A stretch of DNA of 64,000 nucleotides from a virus (lineage: Duplodnaviria > Heunggongvirae > Uroviricota > Caudoviricetes). Within the stretch, counting starts at the first letter, position 1, and every line of letters begins with the position of its first letter. Positions 46,532-55,160 of this stretch are shown here, piece after piece. The translations under genes were made by a program, and so were the position numbers. The notes under the pieces are model-generated. The model saw nothing but the letters and a program-made list of their open reading frames with translations. It did not search any database and was not told where the DNA came from. Location of the stretch: the IMG/VR virus record IMGVR_UViG_3300037321_000115; one strand, written 5' to 3'.

Positions 46532-46606
46532 TGGTACGGAATGTTAGACTTGAACTAACAACCTTCGGTATGTAACACCACTGCTCCACCATTGAGCTAA
46601 TCCCGC
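46532..46606 (-). tRNA. tRNA-Val(TAC)
   Basis: GCGGGAT/ATTCCGT acceptor, A-CCA, anticodon TAC; weak anticodon stem. Confidence 0.75.
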
Positions 46607-46650
46607 ATTACTACTATCATGTGAATACACATCATTAGTTTCTTAATTTT

Positions 46651-46725
46651 TGGTGCTGATGGAGAGAATCGAACTCCCAATCTACTGATTACAAATCAGT
46701 TGCCTTACCATTCGGCCACATCAGC
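46651..46725 (-). tRNA. tRNA-Thr(TGT)
   Basis: GCTGATG/CATCAGC acceptor, loop TTTGTAA, CCA. Confidence 0.92.
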
Positions 46726-46837
46726 GTATTAGTTTAAAATAGCGCCTATAATTTACCATGTAGGCATACAAGCAATATATGGTAGATAGTCCATAATATG
46801 TTCGACAGGTTTAAAGCCAAATGACTCGGTTGTTGTT

Positions 46838-46911
46838 TGGAGCGGCATGTGGGAATTTAACCCACCTCTTTGGTTTGGAAAACCAAGGCACATACCCTAT
46901 ACCAATGCCGC
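46838..46911 (-). tRNA. tRNA-Gly(TCC)
   Basis: GCGGCAT/ATGCCGC acceptor, U73, loop TTTCCAA. Confidence 0.85.
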
Positions 46912-47093
46912 AAACTGTCTAAAGAGGACCAATTTCTCTAGCAGGTAGGAATTCCTTAATCGCATCAACGAGTTAGGTCAAACTCTCCGCGTATGATTAG
47001 ATGGAATTCCTACAATTCTTTGAACCGTTACCACAAATTTCATCTGTATTCAGATGCCAAAATCCTGCATAGTTATTAGTATCCGTCAACGTG

Positions 47094-47780
47094 TTATTTA
47101 ATTTCTGGAAAAAGACATTCTTGTATGAATGTCTTCACATCTTCTTCGGACAGTCCCAAACTAACCATTGTCTTAGGAGTGTGGGGGTTTTGCTTCTGAT
47201 AATATGCGTAGCGATTTTGCGCTTCTTTCACTAAAATTGTATCAGACGTGTTGTTAGTTTTTCCTATACTCAAAAGATATTCGTCTATGCTTTTACAACT
47301 GACTTCTACAATCTGATCAATCTCTTCTTTAATATTTATATTACCTGCTGCAATCATATGCGGGCTAAAAATAGCTTTTGCCCAATCTGGTAGATCGCGT
47401 TTCTTTCGCCATTCTAAACTGTCAACTTCTTCGCCAAAGTTGATAATCATTTCATGTTCAACATCTACACTCGCAGAATAATCATGGAAAAATCCAGTAA
47501 TTTTATTTTTGCCTGCAATTACATCAAGACCAAAAATAGGACCGTTGTTGTGTAGGTGTGGGAATATGCAACAATGCATCATCCAAAGACCTTTTGTCTC
47601 TCTAACATCTACCACATCAACATGTGCACGACGGTAGTTTTCACTGGTCCACACTCTGTTGACCCAGTTTGGTTTGTTAAACTGGGTCATGCCTTCTTCA
47701 AACACCTCATGTCCACTAGACTCAAATCTTTGAACTAACCTGTCTTGAATGTCGACAAGCGCATCCCAAACTTGACTCAT
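47094..47780 (-). CDS. ferredoxin-dependent bilin reductase (PcyA/PcyX family)
   Basis: W.N.VW.S..YRRAHVDVVD, LWMMHCCIFP, PIFGLDVIAG..K..GFFHDYS, LPDWAKAIFS..M.AAG, YQKQNPHT. Confidence 0.88.
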   Translation of the reverse strand: MSQVWDALVDIQDRLVQRFESSGHEVFEEGMTQFNKPNWVNRVWTSENYRRAHVDVVDVRETKGLWMMHCCIFPHLHNNGPIFGLDVIAGKNKITGFFHDYSASVDVEHEMIINFGEEVDSLEWRKKRDLPDWAKAIFSPHMIAAGNINIKEEIDQIVEVSCKSIDEYLLSIGKTNNTSDTILVKEAQNRYAYYQKQNPHTPKTMVSLGLSEEDVKTFIQECLFPEIK

Positions 47781-47813
47781 AAGAAACTCCTAAATTTTAA
47801 TGTAAGAACATAA

Positions 47814-47890
47814 TGGTAGGCCAGGTAGGACTTGAACCTACAACCTCTCCCTTATGAGGGGATTGCTCAAACCAATTGAGCTACTGGCCC
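47814..47890 (-). tRNA. tRNA-Ile2/Met(CAT)
   Basis: GGGCCAG/CTGGCCT acceptor, A-CCA, loop CTCATAA; body resembles Ile2, consistent with tilS in the window. Confidence 0.85.
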
Positions 47891-47937
47891 ACGATTATGT
47901 TCTTACTTTTACTACACTATCAATTAGATAGGATCTT

Positions 47938-47975
47938 AACCCATTAGACGAAAGGACCACGATTATAACTTCTTA
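47938..47975. repeat. 38 bp direct repeat (second copy at 48796-48833)
   Basis: AACCCATTAGACGAAAGGACCACGATTATAACTTCTTA occurs identically twice; includes a 5' tRNA fragment and leader. Confidence 0.85.
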
Positions 47976-48042
47976 TTAACACTAATATACTACAAACTAC
48001 AGAACTCGTCAACAGTCTTTCTTGCTTTCCCGTATGCCTTAT

Positions 48043-48119
48043 TGGTGATTCTGATAGGATTCGAACCTATAACCTACTCCTTCGAAGGGAGTTGCTCTAT
48101 CCAGTTGAGCCACAGAACC
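48043..48119 (-). tRNA. tRNA-Arg(TCG)
   Basis: ACTCC-CTTCGAA-GGAGT, complete cloverleaf, CCA. Confidence 0.9.
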
Positions 48120-48130
48120 TTGTTTGTGTT

Positions 48131-48203
48131 ATTACTGTAAAGGATTTGAACCTTTCTCTCCACTGACTCCGCAGTAGTGTCCTAACCCATAGACGAACAG
48201 TAA
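48131..48203 (-). pseudogene. degenerate tRNA-like element
   Basis: TTACTGT/ACAGTAA acceptor and T arm intact, 6-nt anticodon loop, no CCA. Confidence 0.5.
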
Positions 48204-48211
48204 TCATTGTT

Positions 48212-48286
48212 TGGAGCGGACAGGGAATTTCGAAATCCCGACACCCAGGTTGGAAACCTAGTGCTCTGCCTCTGAGCTATGCCCGC
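48212..48286 (-). tRNA. tRNA-Gly(TCC), second copy
   Basis: GCGGGCA/TGTCCGC acceptor, U73, loop TTTCCAA. Confidence 0.88.
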
Positions 48287-48296
48287 ATTTGTTATT

Positions 48297-48371
48297 TGGT
48301 GGAGTCACTCGGACTTGAACCGAGGACCTGATGCTTGCAAAGCAACTGCTCTCCCACTGAGCTATGACCCC
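48297..48371 (-). tRNA. tRNA-Ala(TGC)
   Basis: GGGGTCA acceptor with G3:U70, loop TTTGCAA. Confidence 0.93.
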
Positions 48372-48390
48372 ATTTGTTAGCAAGTATATT

Positions 48391-48513
48391 TGGCTCTTGT
48401 TGCAGGGCTCGAACCTGCGACAACCTGATTACTTTTGATACTTTCAGAATCGAACTGAACAATTTACCTTTAGTATCCACAGTCAGGCGCTCTACCAACT
48501 GAGCTAAACAAGA
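48391..48513 (-). tRNA. tRNA-Asn(GTT) interrupted by a 47 nt insertion within the anticodon
   Basis: Removing 48432-48478 gives an exact 76 nt cloverleaf with CCTGA-CTGTTAA-TCAGG, U1:A72, G73 and CCA. Confidence 0.8.
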
Positions 48514-48532
48514 GCAAAATATACTTTGTTAT

Positions 48533-48619
48533 TGGCGGAAGAAGGAGGAATTGAACCCCATGGATTTCTCCACGATTTGATTAGCAATCAGTCTTAATCA
48601 CCAGATTAAATCATCTTCC
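48533..48619 (-). tRNA. tRNA-Ser(GCT)
   Basis: GGAAGAT acceptor, G73, loop TTGCTAA, long variable arm. Confidence 0.85.
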
Positions 48620-48668
48620 GTTATTTGGTATTGACAAAAAGTATCTCAACCTCCTCCACATCAATTAT

Positions 48669-48794
48669 TGGTGAACCATCTAGGATTCGAACCTAGGACA
48701 CGCGGATTACTGTTGACATAGAAGATTCGCACTTCACAGGACTTAAAATCCTCTGTCCAAAGTCCGCTGCTCTAACCAACTGAGCACTGGACTT
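48669..48794 (-). pseudogene. tRNA-Lys(TTT) interrupted by a 49 nt insertion, 5' acceptor strand damaged
   Basis: Removing 48710-48758 gives GCGGA-CTTTTAA-TCCGC; D and T arms and A-CCA intact; 5' strand does not pair. Confidence 0.7.
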
Positions 48795-48883
48795 AAACCC
48801 ATTAGACGAAAGGACCACGATTATAACTTCTTAATATAATGTTCTGTGTTAAACTTTTCGTGTCAATATATATTATTGAATTT

Positions 48884-48956
48884 TGGCTCCAATGGTAGGA
48901 CTCGAACCTACAGTGCTTTCGCGTCTGGTGAGTTTACCAGTTCTTCTACATTGGAA
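48884..48956 (-). pseudogene. degenerate tRNA
   Basis: Acceptor CCAAT(G)/CATTGG, T arm GTAGG-TTCGAGT-CCTAC and GCCA end; no recognisable anticodon arm. Confidence 0.5.
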
Positions 48957-49485
48957 TGGTTGTGGTTGGCTCTACCGGATGGCGACTTAGATGCACAATG
49001 CATTACCGTGTTTTAATTTACTAATTTTAAATACATTCTATCACTTGGGCAATTTGACCTAAAGTTGGTTTTGGCTTTCAGGCCTATCTTGAGAGATTAC
49101 TAAGTGGTGTTTCACTTTACAACAGCTTTTAACTGAGACATTGCATTAACCAAGGCTGGAATTTTTTTGTTGTTAAACGTTATTCTGTTTTCCACTGCAC
49201 ATCCAAAGATTGCTTCCTATCAGGTTAATCCACTTTGGTAACCTAATGACTAATCAGAACATTTCAAGTAGACTATACCTAACATGCAGTAGAGAACAGA
49301 AAGAATTTCAATTAAGGTTTACAGGATACTATCCATACTTAATCATCTTTCAATCTAACAACATTTGTAGTTGGTTTCAAAGAGTGTGTTATTATCTGAT
49401 ACGTTCATTGTAACTTATTTGTACAGCTTTGTCAACGACTACATTTTATTTTTCTTAGTTGTTCCGCTACTGACAATAAAGTACA

Positions 49486-49650
49486 TCACCACATGTCACC
49501 AACATCTTCTAGTGACGTGACCAACCCATCGAAGTCTTCGGTTGGACCTAGAAGATCTGCAAGTTCAAAAGCAATGTGGCCATGCTCTTCTGCAAGTGTG
49601 TCGAGATATTCTTCGCGATTCGCAAAGCCGTTAGTTTCATAAACGTCCAT
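49486..49650 (-). CDS. 54 aa conserved phage protein, not in the ORF track
   Basis: MDVYETNGFANREEYLDTLAEEHG..LGPTEDFDGLVTSLED. Confidence 0.65.
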   Translation of the reverse strand: MDVYETNGFANREEYLDTLAEEHGHIAFELADLLGPTEDFDGLVTSLEDVGDMW

Positions 49651-49651
49651 A

Positions 49652-49867
49652 TTAACGCTCCAAAGTTACGATACGTCCGAAGTATCTATCAAAGGTAAGT
49701 ACGAGATTATCGTAATCACCACTTTTCATTTCATTTATGATCAGCTCATGATCAATCCCTAGTTGTTTTGCCAAGTCTCTCGCATATCCCATTAGAGCAT
49801 ATGCATTGCCATCAGGCCCTGTAAGGTCCAAAACGATTTCACGTTTTTCAATTTTGTTCCGAATCAT
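49652..49867 (-). CDS. conserved phage hypothetical protein
   Basis: LDLTGPDGNAY.LMG.A..LAKQLG, M.SGDY..L...FD.YFG. Confidence 0.75.
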   Translation of the reverse strand: MIRNKIEKREIVLDLTGPDGNAYALMGYARDLAKQLGIDHELIINEMKSGDYDNLVLTFDRYFGRIVTLER

Positions 49868-49952
49868 TGTCTAGTTCCTTTACCTTTTTTGATTGCTACA
49901 TCTTTTTACACTATGACGCCTAGCACGTCAACGCTAAGCGTCAGGAAATAAG

Positions 49953-50033
49953 TGAGCATGACCACGAATCGAACGTGTTTAATTGTCACTGACTATATAG
50001 TCCACTTCCAGGTAGCTACATCTGGCGTCATGC
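49953..50033 (-). ncRNA. tRNA-like element of uncertain status
   Basis: GCATGAC/GTCATGC acceptor-like stem and CACG-TTCGATT-CGTG T arm; other arms non-canonical. Confidence 0.4.
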
Positions 50034-50698
50034 TATTCGTATACAGCCAAAGAGACTGTCTACCAACGGGGTAGGCTCGACCACAAGTGTGGCGACTTAG
50101 CTGCAGTATGCAGTACCACGAGTTCTTCTGTTTTCAGTTACGTTGTTTGTTGATTAGAGACAATGTAGGTGAAAGCAGAAGGCAACAACCACCACACAGT
50201 CTGAAGAGCAGTGCACCAATTATTACCTCACGCAAAGTTTTTGAACAGTGTATATTCAAAAACTTTGCTTTCAATCCATCATCGAGAAAATTCTCTAAGA
50301 TCATAGGATACAGTTAGATTTAAAGAGCGTTGGTGTTTCTAAAATACCACGTCGTAGTGTTGTTTCGAACTTCTTTTTGCCTTTTGGCTTTGTTAGGCGT
50401 CCACAGTGTTCATAGTATACTCAACGATCCTTTTCATCAACCGTTAAAACAAAAAGCCCTGATAACAATATCAGGGCTGATTTAGAATAAAAATGTTTAT
50501 AAAAAACTCTATTATTCTAAATCAGCCTTCGCTATATTACTCACGGATGGAATGCAACCTGAATTGATACTATTCGGTCTCCCATACTGCAGTGATGTCG
50601 ATGTTCGTAGAATGTTCATTTTCTTCTCTCTAATGGAATTATAAGCTTATTTATAACAAAAATTCCAAGTTCGACAAATAAACTTGGAATTTTTCAAT

Positions 50699-51078
50699 TT
50701 AATTTTTTTGGATGGTGTGTATAAACTTTTCAACCAACGTGACAGAGTCTTTGTAAGCCTCCACCTCCCACCACCGTTTCATGTAAGGAATATCAGATCG
50801 GTTGTCGAGAAACCACCCCAGATTCTCTTTCATGTACTGCTCACGTGAACCATCTCATGAGCAATTGTGACAAAAATATCAATCGGTTGTCTCTCTTCCT
50901 CATTAACAAGAATGATAAACTCGTCTGGAGATGTATCAATGCACATCCCGACAGCATCAGACATGCGATATGTTGCGATCGTCAGCTCTCGTGGTACAAT
51001 GTCCAATTCTGAACACAAAAAGGTGACAAACCTCTCAACAACGTTTGTATCAAAATCGGACGTGAGTTCGATTTTCAT
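50699..51078 (-). pseudogene. HEXXH metallopeptidase-like gene with a 1-bp frameshift
   Basis: TIAHEMVHV then a frameshift at about 50840 to (K)QYMKE..PYMKRWWEVEAY; paralog of 52918-53331. Confidence 0.7.
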
Positions 51079-51082
51079 GTGT

Positions 51083-51322
51083 TTATACTTCCTCTTCGAA
51101 GAAGGTGTAGTATGATAACACTCTATCAGCACGGAAAGCAACTTCAGAAGTTCCGCCGTGTCTAACATCTGTGAATTTGAAAATTACATGGTTTGCGGTG
51201 TGAACAACGTCTACAACGCCTCGAATTTCATCTGTGATTGTGTTGGCCATAATCACAGAATCAGGTTCACCAACCTTCAGTAATTTAATAGAAGCTACTA
51301 CAACCATTGTTTTCGACTCCAC
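51083..51322 (-). CDS. hypothetical protein
   Basis: 79 aa ORF. Confidence 0.55.
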   Translation of the reverse strand: MESKTMVVVASIKLLKVGEPDSVIMANTITDEIRGVVDVVHTANHVIFKFTDVRHGGTSEVAFRADRVLSYYTFFEEEV

Positions 51323-51393
51323 GTCTATGTTGTTTTATATGCTTGTTATTACCTCGACTGCGGATGTTTGTCAACGAGGTTGTTATACATGCT

Positions 51394-51633
51394 CTAGCAG
51401 TTTTGGCAGAACCAAACAGTTCTCTTTCTGCTATAGGTTCTCTGGCCTGAATTAAAAATCCATGTCCATACTGCTCGGCGACTCTTTTGATTTCCGAGCA
51501 TCGCTCCAATCCACGTTACCCACGAAAGGCCTTGTTTGGACTTTCCTGTCTCGACATAAACCTTTTCGTTTCGCATTGTAGACTGGTTACAACGAAGGCC
51601 ACATACAGAGCAAGTTTTTTTCGTGTAGGTCAT
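51394..51633 (-). CDS. small Cys-motif protein
   Basis: CSVCG at the N-terminus and CQNC at the C-terminus. Confidence 0.55.
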   Translation of the reverse strand: MTYTKKTCSVCGLRCNQSTMRNEKVYVETGKSKQGLSWVTWIGAMLGNQKSRRAVWTWIFNSGQRTYSRKRTVWFCQNC

Positions 51634-51712
51634 GCGTTGACGTATCCTCTACGGTTCCTACACAACATAAAACGGTTACAATCAAAAGTCAACTCTAATA
51701 AATATTGTTTTA

Positions 51713-52018
51713 TTGGAGAATGTGATGGAAATCTACGCGATTGGGACTGAGACGAAGCAAAAAATAGGATTCAGCAAAAATCCTAAGGCAAGGCTGAAGC
51801 AATTGCAAACAGGGAACTCTGAAACACTACACTTGCATCACACTATACAGGTGTCTGAGGACAATGTCCGCATATTAGAGAAATTCTTGCACAAGGACAT
51901 TGGCTACAAGCGGTTGAAAGGCGAATGGTTTGACATGACAAAGTTAGATGCTATCAGTTATCTGACATTTGCAGATATAACATGGGCTCACGATCCGATG
52001 CTCAAGTACAAACTTTAA
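51713..52018 (+). CDS. GIY-YIG-like (T5orf172/MUG113-type) nuclease-domain protein
   Basis: IYAIG..KIGFSKNP..RLKQLQTGN, LEKFLH, R..GEWF. Confidence 0.85.
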   Translation: MENVMEIYAIGTETKQKIGFSKNPKARLKQLQTGNSETLHLHHTIQVSEDNVRILEKFLHKDIGYKRLKGEWFDMTKLDAISYLTFADITWAHDPMLKYKL

Positions 52019-52905
52019 CTATACTTGTCGATGACCGCTTGAAGCTCGTTGACCATGCGATCTAAAGGGACTTCGCACTTGACCGCTGTGCTAAGAGAGC
52101 CATAATGTTGCTCGAGACAGCTCATCAACAATTCTTTGATTGCTTGCTCGTCTGGGCCCTGCTGAAGTGTCGACTTCTGATATAAGTCATCAAGGTGTCG
52201 TTCCTTCTGCGTTGCCCACTCTTTGATTCTTTCATAAGACCATTCGCCACGACGAACAGATTTAAGCACTTCTCGATTACGTTCAATGTCCAAATCGTGC
52301 TCGACAAGAATCTGTTCGCATTGCAGTCCGAGACGTATTGTATGTGTTGCAAATTTTGTACAAAAACCAAACTTGGCAATGTTTGCTGCTCTTTTCTCAT
52401 TAGCAGAGTTTGCCTTTGTGCCAATTTTGTGCAGTTGGCTGAACATATATCCTCTAAACTTCTGATAGCTTCCTTTATGCAAGAACGATTTTCTATTGTC
52501 ACGAACAAGCTGTGCGACAGTGGTACAGAACAGCACACACCGTTGAGGCGTGAACAGCGAATCGAGAATGTTCGGATTGTTGTCCATTGCAAGTGACATA
52601 TAGGACACAATAGAGTAGATCGCAAAATCGTATTCCTGTCGTGTTTCTTTGTCTGTTACATGATGTTGTTGCCACACATTGAACTTGTCTCTTTGTGTTC
52701 CAAACCCTGGGATAATGCCTGCGAGGTGAGGAAACACATCCTCTTTGGGAGGAATACAAAAACCGACAATATCCATGTCTGATTCGTCTGAGTTGATTCC
52801 ATATGATTGTGAGCCTGCAATGGTTTCATAGTGGATGTTTGGTGTCAACCATTTTGGAGGACTGATCAATCCTTTTTGCTTCATAAGCTGTGCACGGGAC
52901 GACAT
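52015..52905 (-). CDS. Pol-beta superfamily nucleotidyltransferase (RlaP/Nuc-transf-like)
   Basis: GSQSYG.N..ESDMD..G, NNPNILD.LF, K.A.H..RL..Q. Confidence 0.85.
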   Translation of the reverse strand: MSSRAQLMKQKGLISPPKWLTPNIHYETIAGSQSYGINSDESDMDIVGFCIPPKEDVFPHLAGIIPGFGTQRDKFNVWQQHHVTDKETRQEYDFAIYSIVSYMSLAMDNNPNILDSLFTPQRCVLFCTTVAQLVRDNRKSFLHKGSYQKFRGYMFSQLHKIGTKANSANEKRAANIAKFGFCTKFATHTIRLGLQCEQILVEHDLDIERNREVLKSVRRGEWSYERIKEWATQKERHLDDLYQKSTLQQGPDEQAIKELLMSCLEQHYGSLSTAVKCEVPLDRMVNELQAVIDKYS

Positions 52906-52917
52906 ATACGTTCTCCT

Positions 52918-53331
52918 TTATGTGGTTGACAACAGTGGTGTGCAATTATCAACACTAAACAACTCTACCATTTTGTTCTCGATGTCGAACGCCTCTAATT
53001 CCCATGGAAGATTCTCGTAAATTTCTGTGTGTGGAACGCCCATCCACGTGTTAGGACGTCCGTGTACAAGCCTTCCATCATGGTGCTGTTTGACGTGAAC
53101 CATTTCGTGGAACAGTGTCCTCGCCACGTCATTTGTGTTCAGTCGCTGTGACAGAGTAATGACCACTTCGTCCTGTTCGTAATCGCAAAAACCGTAGACG
53201 TGCTTTTTAAGTTTTTTAAATTCTAACACAACATCAACATCAACATGCAGGTAATCGCACGCAAACGAGATTGCTTTGTCGAGGAAAGCAATCTCGATCC
53301 GTTTAGGCTTGTTGTAAACCTCGTAAATCAA
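52918..53331 (-). CDS. HEXXH zinc metallopeptidase-like protein
   Basis: TLFHEMVHVKQ, Y..LPWELEA. Confidence 0.8.
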   Translation of the reverse strand: MIYEVYNKPKRIEIAFLDKAISFACDYLHVDVDVVLEFKKLKKHVYGFCDYEQDEVVITLSQRLNTNDVARTLFHEMVHVKQHHDGRLVHGRPNTWMGVPHTEIYENLPWELEAFDIENKMVELFSVDNCTPLLSTT

Positions 53332-53747
53332 TCGAACGCCTTCATGATCTCGTCATCTGTTTTGCCAAGTGCCGCTTTGATCATCAAGAACTTGAATCCC
53401 TCTCCGATCAACGTCGCTTGATTTTCAACATCGACGTTGAAATTTACCACTGCAGAACCGTCTTCCATTTCAGTGATATTAACAATCTCTGCGCTTCCTA
53501 CCACTTTATCAGACGAAGACGAAACTGTTTTGAGTTTTTTAAAATCCAACGTTTCAACAAAATATTCATACTCCTTCGACACCGTGTAGTACTCAATCAC
53601 TTTCAGAAATCCATCCACACAACTAGATGTCTCATCAAGGTTGTGGTGACATTCCCACGGATCGTCAAGAATCCCTCTAACAACAGATTTTAGATCTGCT
53701 AGTATGATGCCATCTGCTTGATCGCACGTCAGTTCTACAGTTACCAT
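53328..53747 (-). CDS. hypothetical protein
   Basis: 139 aa, coupled to the next gene. Confidence 0.6.
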   Translation of the reverse strand: MVTVELTCDQADGIILADLKSVVRGILDDPWECHHNLDETSSCVDGFLKVIEYYTVSKEYEYFVETLDFKKLKTVSSSSDKVVGSAEIVNITEMEDGSAVVNFNVDVENQATLIGEGFKFLMIKAALGKTDDEIMKAFD

Positions 53748-53759
53748 TTTATAATTCCT

Positions 53760-55160
53760 CTAATTTGTTTGTAATTGATTTAGGTCGTTGAGAAACTGCT
53801 TCTTGATGGTTGTCTTGGACCAAAACATCAATTGAACTTCTGCGTCTTGACATTCTTTATCGAGCTGTTTGACCATCTCATCAGTAAGACTCATCATATT
53901 AACTCTTAGTAGCTTGTCAACATCTTCGTCTTTGGCAGACGTGTTGTCAACAATTTGTTTTGCCACACGGTCTTTTTTCATATTCTTGAATGTGATCTTG
54001 TTGTCGATTACCGCCTGAATAAATTGCATTTTAGCATTGAGCCATCTCGTGTCTTCAACATACTCCTCGATCCTTTTTGCAATTCTTTTTTCGATTACAG
54101 TGTTGCGATAGTCACAAAAGTCCTTAATCAACTGTCGCTCGTCTTTATACTCACGCAACTTTCCATCATGATCGATTACAACAAGATTCTCTGTGAACAT
54201 CTTCTCAAGTTTAAACTGTGTGAGAATCTTTTCATCGCTCCATCCTGATGAGGTGCTTTGCTTGAGCTTGACCTCAAATTTGAATCCGTCCTTGTCGCAT
54301 AGATCGTCGTATGAAACGATGAGGTCCCTATCTTCAAGAACATCAAGAATCTTCACGTAATTTTCTCTGTCGTAACCGTAGGGAACTTCAGTAATCGTGA
54401 CGATGGTCTTGCCCTTACGTTCAAAAATACCACGACTGACATAACGATCATTCTCAACGTCATATGACACTGTTCCTCGAAAATCAGGAAACTTCAGATT
54501 GACCTTATTAACAATGTCACCTGTATTGATATATTCTTCACATGCGCGTGCGAGCTCAATAGGATCGCGTGGTAGAATGTTTGTCGCGAACCCCGTACCA
54601 ATTCCCTTGATGCCATTTACAAGAACAAGAGGAATCGACGGAACGTAGAATGCAGGAGGCTCGTGCTCAGGGTCACTGTGAACAGGAGCAATGTCGATAT
54701 CCTTGATATACTTCTCGAAGTTGTCGTGTAATTTCGTATATGTGTATCGTGGAGCAGCAGCATCATTAACCAGTCGTGTTCCAAAGGAACCACGTCCTTG
54801 AATCAAACAAATGTTGTTTGCCCAATCAGCTGCCATTAACTGGCCCGCTGCAGCAGCAGACGTCTCGCCGTGGTTGTAGCCATATCCCGAGACCACACCT
54901 GATACGGCAGACACCTTCTTAAATTCCTTCTTAGAATTTTTGATGGACGAATAAAGATAAAACCGATTGACAGGCTTCATGCCATCGATCATGTTTGGGA
55001 TTGCGCGCGACTCGATGGTGTACATTGCGTAATCTTTCCACTCGTTGCTGGCAAGTGCGGAAAGAGGATACGGTTTAACGGTGGATTTTGACACTTGAGG
55101 AGTATCCTTTCGCTGTGTTTGTTCATCTTGTTCAAAGAAGTCTGTCAGTTGGTTATTCAT
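53760..55160 (-). CDS. gp52: type II DNA topoisomerase, GyrA/ParC-like subunit
   Basis: RAIPNMIDGMKP, YNHGETS, AAAPRYT catalytic Tyr, P.VLVNGIKGIGTGFAT.I.PR. Confidence 0.96.
   Translation of the reverse strand: MNNQLTDFFEQDEQTQRKDTPQVSKSTVKPYPLSALASNEWKDYAMYTIESRAIPNMIDGMKPVNRFYLYSSIKNSKKEFKKVSAVSGVVSGYGYNHGETSAAAAGQLMAADWANNICLIQGRGSFGTRLVNDAAAPRYTYTKLHDNFEKYIKDIDIAPVHSDPEHEPPAFYVPSIPLVLVNGIKGIGTGFATNILPRDPIELARACEEYINTGDIVNKVNLKFPDFRGTVSYDVENDRYVSRGIFERKGKTIVTITEVPYGYDRENYVKILDVLEDRDLIVSYDDLCDKDGFKFEVKLKQSTSSGWSDEKILTQFKLEKMFTENLVVIDHDGKLREYKDERQLIKDFCDYRNTVIEKRIAKRIEEYVEDTRWLNAKMQFIQAVIDNKITFKNMKKDRVAKQIVDNTSAKDEDVDKLLRVNMMSLTDEMVKQLDKECQDAEVQLMFWSKTTIKKQFLNDLNQLQTN

Noticed and set aside
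44526-48758. Anticodon inserts as group I or group II self-splicing introns
   Set aside because: At 36-49 nt they cannot hold the catalytic core, and no P4-P7 or domain V motifs are visible. A strict BHB motif is also absent (mismatched central helix), though a relaxed version is not excluded.
49030-49410. Stop-riddled frame suggesting stop-codon recoding (alternative genetic code)
   Set aside because: TAA, TAG and TGA all interrupt it, and all conserved genes in the window read normally in the standard code. It is more likely a decayed ORF.
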